Source: an uncultured delta proteobacterium (lineage in GTDB: Bacteria; Myxococcota_A; Polyangia; Polyangiales; JADJMO01). From it: a stretch of DNA of 64,000 nucleotides. Shown in pieces: positions 27,427 through 34,946 of this stretch. Numbering within the stretch: the first letter of the stretch is position 1; every line of letters starts with the position of its first letter. Below the pieces are notes generated by a model. That model was not told where the DNA came from. It saw only the letters and a list, made by a program, of their open reading frames with translations, and ran no database searches. The translations under genes were made by a program, and so were the position numbers. Location: contig CAIXWQ010001121.1 of NCBI GenBank assembly GCA_903923175.1, forward strand, positions 3,684 through 67,683, read 5' to 3'.

Positions 27427-28182
27427 ATGGAACGTCATCAGCCGAATTGGAACGAGTTCGCCGGCCTCGGCACGCTCCGCGCGGTGATCGATCCGCTCGA
27501 TCGCGACGGCGTGAAGAACGACCTGATCGATCGCCTGCAGTGGGGCGCCGTGAGCCCGTGGCTCGGGCCTGCCGGCAAGCTCCTCGACCTCGGCTGCGGC
27601 ACCGGGCGCATGGCGGCGCGCATCGTCGCCCGCGGGTTCGACTACACCGGGATCGACGCCTCGGAGAACATGATCGAGGCGGCACGCCGCGGCCATCCGG
27701 CGCCCGGCACGACGTTCGAGGTGGGGCCGAGCTACGCGACCCCCTTCGGCGATCGCTCGTTCGACGTGTGCCTCTGCGTCGGCGTGTACCAGTACCTCAT
27801 CAACGGCCCGGACGGCCCCGCGACCATGGCGGAGATCGCCCGCGTGCTGCGCCCCGGCGGGCGGCTGGTCATGATCGAGCAGGCGAGCCTCTCCGGGCAG
27901 AAGTCGGACACGGTGGCCGCGTGCGCGACCCGCCAGGACTACGAGCGCGAGCTCTCCGCGCACTTCGAGATCGAGCGGCTGGAGCGCGCGCGCAGCGCCT
28001 CCTTCTCCCGCGTGACCCACCGAGCGATCGCGCTGGCGCGACGCGTCGGCTCGCTGCGCGCGCCGATCGTCAGGCTCGCGGCGGAATTCGAGCGGCTCCG
28101 CGTGCGCTCGCGGGGCGAGGCGTACTTCCGGACCGTGCCGTACTTCGACATCCTCGTGGTCGCGCGCCCGCGCAAGCGATGA
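27427..28182 (+). CDS. Class I SAM-dependent methyltransferase
   Basis: Motif I LLDLGCGTGRMA. …DVCLCVGVYQYL…MAEIARVLRPGGRLVMIE. ATG 27427 was chosen inside a longer spurious ORF. Confidence 0.85.
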   Translation: MERHQPNWNEFAGLGTLRAVIDPLDRDGVKNDLIDRLQWGAVSPWLGPAGKLLDLGCGTGRMAARIVARGFDYTGIDASENMIEAARRGHPAPGTTFEVGPSYATPFGDRSFDVCLCVGVYQYLINGPDGPATMAEIARVLRPGGRLVMIEQASLSGQKSDTVAACATRQDYERELSAHFEIERLERARSASFSRVTHRAIALARRVGSLRAPIVRLAAEFERLRVRSRGEAYFRTVPYFDILVVARPRKR

Positions 28183-28297
28183 TGCGAGCGGCGCGAAGTG
28201 CGCGAGCGAGGGTCGCGCGTGCGACGCGCCGGCCAGGGCCGTCGTCGGGAGCCACTGGCGTGAGCTCCGTCGCCGCCGCGCTGCCCGCGGAGCGAGC

Positions 28298-29809
28298 ATG
28301 AGCTCGGAATTCCGGACCCGCACGCTCACCGCGCTGCGATGGAGCGCCGTCGCGCGGGTGCTCCAGCAGGTGCTTCAGTACCTGACCCTGCTGATGCTCG
28401 CGCGCCGCCTCGGCCCGGAGCCGTACGGCCTCGTCGGCATGGTGCTCGTGTTCTCCGGTTTCGCGGCGCTGGTGGCGGAGTTCGGGTTCGGCTCCGCGAT
28501 CGTGCAAGGGAAGACGCTCACCGACGAGCAGATCTCGTCGATCTTCTGGATCAACGTCCTCTCGGGCCTCGCGCTCTGCTTGGCGTTCCTGGGCCTCTCG
28601 CCCTTCATCGCGAGCTTCTACCGCACCCCCGCGCTGACGACGGTCGCCCGCGTCGTCTCCATCACGTTTCTCTCGGGCACCGTCGGCATCGTCCCGCGGG
28701 CGCTCCTCCAGCGCGCCATGGACTTCCGTCGCATCGCCATCGCCGACATCAGCGCGTCGATCCTCGGCAACTCCGTGGCGATCGTGCTCGTGTTCCTGCA
28801 CGCGGGCGTCTTCGCGCTCGTGGTGGGGACGGTGACCTCCTCCGTGACGACGTCGCTGCTCCTGCTCCGCGTCGCGCGGTATCGCCCGCTCGCGGTGCTG
28901 CAGCCGCGCTCGGTGCGCTCGGTGCTCGGCTACGGCGGAAACCTGACCGGCTTCCACATGGTCAACTACTGGTCGCGCAACGCCGACAACCTGCTCATCG
29001 GTCGGATGATGGGCACGACCGCGCTCGGCCTCTACAGCCGGGCGTACTCGCTGATGGTCCTGCCCCTCAGCCACATCGTCGCGATGGTGTCGTCGGTGAT
29101 GTTCGCGGCGATGTGCGCCATCCAGGACGACAAGCCGCGGGTCCGGCAGTTCTTCCTCCGCGCGCTCGCGCTCGTGGCGCTCTTCTCGTTCCCCATGATG
29201 GCCGGCCTCTTCGTCGTGGCCGAGCCTTTCGTCGTGGCGCTCATCGGCGTGAGCTGGTCGGGGGTCGTGCCGATCCTGCGGATCTTCTGCTGGGTCGGCG
29301 CGCTGCAGTCCCTCGGCGGCCCGCTCGGGTGGATCTACACGTCGCAGGGGCGAACCGATCTGATGTTCCGCTGGGGGATCGGCGCCGGCGTCGCGCTGGT
29401 GGGCGCGATCGCCGTCGGCGCGCTGTTCGGCTCGGTCACCTCGATCGCGTGGGCCTACTGCGCGATGACGACCGCGCTGATGTGGCCGGGAGTCCGCATC
29501 GCGGGGCAGCTGATCGACGTCGGCCTCGGGGACGTCGCGCGCACGGTGGTCGGGCCGGCGATCTGCGCGCTCGTGATGGCGTTGGTCGTGTGGGGCGTGT
29601 CGCGGGTGCTGCCGGCGGGCTTCGGCCCCTGGCGTCGGCTCCTCGTAGAGGTCGCCGTCGGCGCGCTCGTGTACGCCGTGACGGTCCGAGGCGCGCGGCT
29701 CGCGGCGCTCGAGGATCTCCCCTCGATTCTCCCTGCGCGCGTCGCGCGCGTGCTGCTCGGCCCCCGCGCTTCTGGCCTTCCGGCGCCGAGCGCGGAGGCG
29801 AAGGGCTAG
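28298..29809 (+). CDS. wzx: Wzx-type polysaccharide flippase (MOP/PST family)
   Basis: 12-14 predicted TM helices. The N-terminus …ALRWSAVARVLQQVLQYLTLLMLARRLGPEPYGLVGMVLVFSGFA…FGFGSAIVQ is typical of lipopolysaccharide/EPS biosynthesis PST flippases. Confidence 0.88.
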   Translation: MSSEFRTRTLTALRWSAVARVLQQVLQYLTLLMLARRLGPEPYGLVGMVLVFSGFAALVAEFGFGSAIVQGKTLTDEQISSIFWINVLSGLALCLAFLGLSPFIASFYRTPALTTVARVVSITFLSGTVGIVPRALLQRAMDFRRIAIADISASILGNSVAIVLVFLHAGVFALVVGTVTSSVTTSLLLLRVARYRPLAVLQPRSVRSVLGYGGNLTGFHMVNYWSRNADNLLIGRMMGTTALGLYSRAYSLMVLPLSHIVAMVSSVMFAAMCAIQDDKPRVRQFFLRALALVALFSFPMMAGLFVVAEPFVVALIGVSWSGVVPILRIFCWVGALQSLGGPLGWIYTSQGRTDLMFRWGIGAGVALVGAIAVGALFGSVTSIAWAYCAMTTALMWPGVRIAGQLIDVGLGDVARTVVGPAICALVMALVVWGVSRVLPAGFGPWRRLLVEVAVGALVYAVTVRGARLAALEDLPSILPARVARVLLGPRASGLPAPSAEAKG

Positions 29810-29828
29810 CCGCGAGATCGCTTGGCAG

Positions 29829-30755
29829 ATGAGCCACCACCGACGGGACAAGGAGCGCGAGATGCGTCGAGAGAGCGAGGATGGAGCGGTCGACGACGGT
29901 GCGATGGAGCTGCTGAAGCGTCACATCCGCGACGACTACGCTGGCCTCTTCGGCGTGCACGACGAAGAAGAAGTCGAATCCGTCGCGCGTCGATGGTTCG
30001 ACGAGTCGGTGAACTACGACGGTCGCTGGTCGGTCCTCGCCGCCAAGCGCGGGGCGCGGATCGGACGCGTGCTCGACATGGCAGCAGGGTGCGGCACCTT
30101 CGTGCTCCACGGCCTCCGCGAAGGGCACGACGTCTGGGGCGTCGAGCCGGAAGCTTGGAAGCAGGAGTTCTTCCGCCGGAAGGTCGCGGGGGGAGGCTAC
30201 CCCGCGGCGTACGCCGCTCGAATCGTCGAGGGGATCGGCGAGCGGCTCCCGTTCGAGGATGGCAGCTTCGACGTCGTGACGACCTTCCAGACCCTCGAGC
30301 ACGTGCAGGACGTCGGCGCGTGCCTGCGCGAGATGCTGCGCGTGCTGCGCCCATCCGGAGCGCTCTACCTCCGAGCGCCCGACTACGACTCGTTCTACGA
30401 GCCGCACTACCGGCTGCCGTTCCTGCCCCGCATGAACAAGCGCCTGGCGGCCTCGTATCTGCGCGCGTTGCGTCGCCCCACCAGCGGGCTCGCGACGTTG
30501 AACTGGATCACGCGCACGAGCGTGGAGGAGGGGCTGCGAGCGTCGGGGGTCGACCTGCGAATCCAGGAGACCGCGGGCGACCCGTCCGAACAGCGTGCGC
30601 GCAAGCTCGAGTGCGCGCTGCCGTGGCTCGCACGACGAGACGCGCTCAAGCGGGCGGCTTGCACGGCGCTCGGCGTGCGCGCCCGCGTGCTGGAGCTTCG
30701 CTACCTGGGGCGCCGCGAGAAGAACATCGACCTGTGGGTGGAGCGGCTCGCGTAG
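29829..30755 (+). CDS. SAM-dependent methyltransferase
   Basis: Motif I VLDMAAGCGTFV. …LPFEDGSFDVVTTFQTLEHVQDVGACLREMLRVLRPSGALYL. The alternative start ATG 29862 has a better AAGGAG Shine-Dalgarno sequence. Confidence 0.8.
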   Translation: MSHHRRDKEREMRRESEDGAVDDGAMELLKRHIRDDYAGLFGVHDEEEVESVARRWFDESVNYDGRWSVLAAKRGARIGRVLDMAAGCGTFVLHGLREGHDVWGVEPEAWKQEFFRRKVAGGGYPAAYAARIVEGIGERLPFEDGSFDVVTTFQTLEHVQDVGACLREMLRVLRPSGALYLRAPDYDSFYEPHYRLPFLPRMNKRLAASYLRALRRPTSGLATLNWITRTSVEEGLRASGVDLRIQETAGDPSEQRARKLECALPWLARRDALKRAACTALGVRARVLELRYLGRREKNIDLWVERLA

Positions 30756-30925
30756 CGAAGGCGAGCGTCGCGGAGCAGCGGTGCTGCCACCGGCTGGGCA
30801 TCGATGGTCGGCCGCAGCGTGCGAAGCTCCTTAACCCTCGGACCCTCGGGGCGCGAGCTTCCGCCCGCTTCGCGCTCCCGGCCGTCTCCCCCTCGCTGCG
30901 CCGCGGCGCGCCGTTCTTCCGGTCG

Positions 30926-32854
30926 CTAGACGATGTCGACGTCCTCGAGCCGCGTGTACGCGACTTCGGTCACGCCGAACCGGCTGGCCCATGAGCCCAC
31001 GGTCATGAACCACAGCAGGCGCAGCGCGGCGCTGCCTCGCGACAGCCGGGTTCGGTTGCCGACGAAGTCTTTCCATAGGGCGAGCGGGCTCGTCCCCGTG
31101 AGCGCGCCGATTCGAGCGTCGTGGTCGCCGAGGAAGGTGCCGAGCTCGATGGCTGCGGCGGGGCGAGACATCCACGCCTCGAGCGGCAGTGAGAATCCGC
31201 GCTTGCTCGCCCAGGCCAGCTCGCCCAAGCCATGTCGATCGAGGATCCTGCGCAGCACGATCTTGCCGCGGCCGAGCCCGATCATGGCGTCGGGCGCGAG
31301 CGAGGCCGCGAGCCTCACCAGCTCGTCGTCGAGCAACGGGACGCGCACCTCGAGCGAGGCCGACATCGAGGCGACGTCGACCTTCGTCAACATCGCGTTC
31401 GGCAGTCGCTCGATGCGATCGGTGAACATCGCGAGCCGCTCGGGCGTGGCACCGTCGAGGGCGCCGGCGACCAGCCCCTCGATGCGCGCGGTGAGCGCGC
31501 GCGACGCCGCCGCGGACTCGTTCTGATCGGCCCAGTCCAGCCCAGCCACGGCTCGGTACGCGTCGCCACAGCTCAGGTCGGCGACGCTCAGCATTCTCAG
31601 CGTGCGCCGGAGGGGCGACGGCCATCGCCCGCGTCGAAGGCTCGCGCGCGCGACGCGACCGACCACCGCGGGGACCACCGCGGGGAACGGACGGCGAACG
31701 CGGTCCAGCTGCGACACCCAACGATGTCCGTCGTAGCCGCCGAAGATCTCGTCGCCTCCATCCCCCGAGAGGGCGACCTTCACGTCGGCCCTCGCCGCGA
31801 TGCTGAGCGCGCGCACGCCGAGCGCGGAGACCTCGGCGAACGGCTCGTCGAACGATTCGGGGAGCTGCAGGACGTCCGCGACGTCGAACTGGTCGAGCTC
31901 GATCGTCTTGTGCACCGTGCCGAGCGTGCGCGCCGTGCGCTCGGCGACGCTCGACTCGTCATGCGCACCGCGCACCTTGATCGAAAACGTGTGCACCGGG
32001 GCCGCGGAGAGCCTGCACATCAGGGCGGTCACGAGGGAGGAGTCCACCCCCCCACTGAGGAACGCGCCGACGGGAACGTCCGCGACCATCTGGCGGCGAA
32101 CCGCGCGCGTCAGCGCGGCCTCGACGGCGTCGACGGCGTCGGCGCCACGGAGCGTAGGCCGCGGTCGCTCGACCAGCGGGGCGAAGCGCCGCCGCGTCGG
32201 GGCCGCCTCGCCGCGCGCGAGCTCGAGGATGGCGCCGGGCTCCAGCCGGCGGAGGCCATCGAACGCGGTCAGCGGCCAGGGGACGTGCGTGCGCGCGCCG
32301 CCGATGGCGAGCGCGAGTCCGTCGGCGCGCCGTGGCACGCGTGGATCGGCGAGAATCGCCTTGAGCTCGGAGGCCGCGCGGAACACGCCGCCATGAACCC
32401 CGTAGAACAGCGGCTTGATCCCGAATCGGTCACGCGCGAGGACGAGCGTGTTCCGCCTGCGGTCGAGCAGGGCGAAGGCGAACATCCCCTCGAGCCGCTC
32501 GACGGCCGCGGCCCCCCACTCCTCGAAGGCGTGGATGATGACCTCGCCGTCACCGTGCGTGCGGAAGACGTGCCCGAGGGCCGCCAGCCGCTGCCGAAGC
32601 TCTTGGAAGTTGTAGATCTCGCCGTTGAAGACGGTGACGATCGAGCCGTCCTCGTTCGAGAGCGGCTGCGGGGAGCCCGCGACGTCGATGATCGACAAGC
32701 GTCGGTGCGCGAGCACCGCCCAGTCGTCGAAGCGGGCCACGGAGGCCTCGTCGGGCCCTCGGTGCGCCAGCTGGGAGCCCATGCGGGCGGCGATCGCCTC
32801 GTCCTCCGCGGCCAGCGCGCCGGAGAGCCGCGCGAAGACGACTAGGCCGCACAT
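30926..32854 (-). CDS. Asparagine synthase (glutamine-hydrolysing) family amidotransferase, paralogue 1
   Basis: N-terminal MCG nucleophile. HRGPD…, RLSIIDV…QP. PP-loop SGGVDSS in the synthetase domain. Confidence 0.92.
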   Translation of the reverse strand: MCGLVVFARLSGALAAEDEAIAARMGSQLAHRGPDEASVARFDDWAVLAHRRLSIIDVAGSPQPLSNEDGSIVTVFNGEIYNFQELRQRLAALGHVFRTHGDGEVIIHAFEEWGAAAVERLEGMFAFALLDRRRNTLVLARDRFGIKPLFYGVHGGVFRAASELKAILADPRVPRRADGLALAIGGARTHVPWPLTAFDGLRRLEPGAILELARGEAAPTRRRFAPLVERPRPTLRGADAVDAVEAALTRAVRRQMVADVPVGAFLSGGVDSSLVTALMCRLSAAPVHTFSIKVRGAHDESSVAERTARTLGTVHKTIELDQFDVADVLQLPESFDEPFAEVSALGVRALSIAARADVKVALSGDGGDEIFGGYDGHRWVSQLDRVRRPFPAVVPAVVGRVARASLRRGRWPSPLRRTLRMLSVADLSCGDAYRAVAGLDWADQNESAAASRALTARIEGLVAGALDGATPERLAMFTDRIERLPNAMLTKVDVASMSASLEVRVPLLDDELVRLAASLAPDAMIGLGRGKIVLRRILDRHGLGELAWASKRGFSLPLEAWMSRPAAAIELGTFLGDHDARIGALTGTSPLALWKDFVGNRTRLSRGSAALRLLWFMTVGSWASRFGVTEVAYTRLEDVDIV

Positions 32855-33222
32855 GGCTCACTCCATCGAATTCCCTCCGCCGGGCCAGGCGGGAGTCCTG
32901 GTGCGGCTGCGGGGGCCAGGGGCGTCGCTTCGTCGGGCGTCATCGATGGCTCGGCATTTCCTCGCGGAATGCTCGTGACAGTAGCATGCGGCTCACGCTC
33001 TCGATGCCATGGAATGGGCGCGGCCGAGCCGCCTGGCGACCCTGGTGCGTGAGCGCCCCGTGTCCGAGATCGGCTTGGTTGCGGCGCCCCGCGACGCGTT
33101 CAACGTGCTTCGTCGATCCAAGCCACGTTGCGCACCTCGATCGCCTCGGCTATTCGAGAGACGACCGCGTCTTCGTGGCTCGTCCCCCGGGGCGAATCGT
33201 TGGGAGAGTTCGCTTGCGCGTG

Positions 33223-34365
33223 ATGATCCTCGTCGGCTCGCTCGGGCGAGGTGGCGCCGAGCGGCAGGCGGCGCTGACCGCCGTCGCGCTCTCGGAAGCA
33301 GGCGCGGAGGTCGAGCTCTTCGTCAGCCAGCCGCCCTTGCACCTCGCTGCGCAGCTGACGCCCAGCGTGCGCGCGTCGCTTCCCGATGCCACGCCGACGA
33401 ACCGGGCGCAGTGCGTCGGCCGGTTGATCCGTGAGCTCGCTGCGTTCCGCCCCGACGTGGTGGTGAGCTTCCTCAGCAGCGCGACCGCGCTGCACCTGCT
33501 CGCTCGCTCGCTCTCCGCGCGCGCGAGGGAGCCCGCCTGGGTCGTGGCGGAGCGTGGAAACCTGGTGCTGTCGGGGATCCTCGGGTTTCCGGCGCACGCC
33601 TCGTTGCAACTCGGCGCGCGGCGGATGGCCGACCGAATCGCGGTGAACTCGGCCTCGCTCGCCGCGAACCTGTTCGCGTTCGACCGGAGCCTCGTCGACA
33701 AGATCGAAATCGTCGACAACATCTTCGTCCCGTTCGAACGGTGTGCGGAGCCACGCGCGGCGTTGCTCGCCGAATTCGGGCTCCCGGCAGACGCCGTCAT
33801 CGTGGGCTCGGTCGGCTCCTTTCAGGTCGATCGGAACTACGCCCTGCTCGCGAGGGCTTGGCCGCGCGTGCGCGAGCTCCATCCAACCGCACGGCTCGTC
33901 GTCTTCGGACGCACCGCGGGGCGCGAGTGCGCTCGGTCTGCCGAGGCGTTCGCCCGCGAGATCGGCGAAGAGGCGCTGGGGCACCGCGTCTTCGTCGCCG
34001 GGGAGCGTGCGGAGGTCAGGGCTCTGATGAGCGGCTTCGACGTGCTCGCGGCGCCCTCGATGCTCGAGGGGTCCTCCAACGCCCTCGTCGAAGCGCTCTG
34101 GTCCGGCGTCCCGATCGCGGCGACGGGGGCAGCGGACAACGCGCTCCTCGCGCGAGACGCCGCCGTGATCTCGCGCGGCTGGACCGCGAGCGCGGTCGCG
34201 GCGGCCATCGACGAGGCGCTGCGCCGCGGCGACGAGCTTCGCGTGGCCGCTCGCGACAGGGGCCGGGAGATCGGCGCCGAGCGAACGCCCGCCCGGGTCG
34301 CGGCGCGTTGGCTCGAGCTGCTCGGTCAGGCCCGCGCCGCAAAACACGAGCGGCGTCGGTCCTAG
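33223..34365 (+). CDS. Glycosyltransferase family 4 (GT-B)
   Basis: MILVGSLGRGGAERQ is an N-terminal GT4 signature. The C-terminal E-x7-E region is …PSMLEGSSNALVEALWSGVP. TTG 33214 or GTG 33220 starts are also possible. Confidence 0.88.
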   Translation: MILVGSLGRGGAERQAALTAVALSEAGAEVELFVSQPPLHLAAQLTPSVRASLPDATPTNRAQCVGRLIRELAAFRPDVVVSFLSSATALHLLARSLSARAREPAWVVAERGNLVLSGILGFPAHASLQLGARRMADRIAVNSASLAANLFAFDRSLVDKIEIVDNIFVPFERCAEPRAALLAEFGLPADAVIVGSVGSFQVDRNYALLARAWPRVRELHPTARLVVFGRTAGRECARSAEAFAREIGEEALGHRVFVAGERAEVRALMSGFDVLAAPSMLEGSSNALVEALWSGVPIAATGAADNALLARDAAVISRGWTASAVAAAIDEALRRGDELRVAARDRGREIGAERTPARVAARWLELLGQARAAKHERRRS

Positions 34366-34419
34366 CGACGTCTCGGGTGCGAGGGCGCGACGTCGACCGC
34401 AGCGCGCGCATGATGCGCG

Positions 34420-34805
34420 CCACGCCGCCAGGCCGAAGCACGCGCAAGACCTCACGGAAGGCCTGCGGGGGATTCGGCGAGTGGTGCAAGACTCCATAGG
34501 AGTCGGCGAGATCGAACGACGCGTCGGCGAACGGAAGGTGCTCCGCGTCGGCAACCTGAAGCCGACTTTGGAGTCCGTCGAAACGTAGCCGTTCGGCCGT
34601 GAACTCGATCGCCTTCTCGGTCAGATCCACGCCCGTCAGAGAGCGCGGCCGCGAGCGAGCCCACTCCAGGTGATCCGCGCCCATCTCCACGCCGACCTCG
34701 AGGACCTCCAGCGGCTCACCCATGGAGCTGCCTTCGGCGTGGACCTCGCCGCACGCTTTCGCCTGCCGAGAACTCTCGGAAGGCTACCTGGCTCTCGGCG
34801 GTCAT
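34420..34805 (-). pseudogene. Remnant of a class I SAM methyltransferase (frameshifted N-terminus, no proper C-terminus)
   Basis: The ORF from ATG 34723 encodes …LEVLEVGVEMGAD…LTGVDLTEKAIEFTAERL…ADAEHLPFADASFDL…YGVLHHSPNPPQAFREVLRVLRPGGVARIM. Motif I therefore starts at residue 7, and a G is replaced by E. After ARIM the frame runs as Arg-rich antisense into the GT gene. A separate ATG at 34805 in another frame gives MTAESQVAFREF…. An in-frame stop lies at 34784-34786. Confidence 0.45.
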
Positions 34806-34946
34806 CGCTCGCGACACACGCCAAGGGCGTAGGCTGGGCCAGCTGCGCGCGTGCGCCTCGAGGAACGGTTCGAGCGGAACAAAGCGAAACGGCGCGTCCC
34901 CTCCAGGAGAGGAACGCGCCGTTCGCTGCAGATGTCGTCGCCGGCG

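Noticed and set aside
34016-34723. 235-aa ORF treated as an intact gene
   Set aside because: Only the first ~100 aa are methyltransferase-like. The remainder is antisense to the GT4 gene. It is reported instead as a pseudogene remnant.
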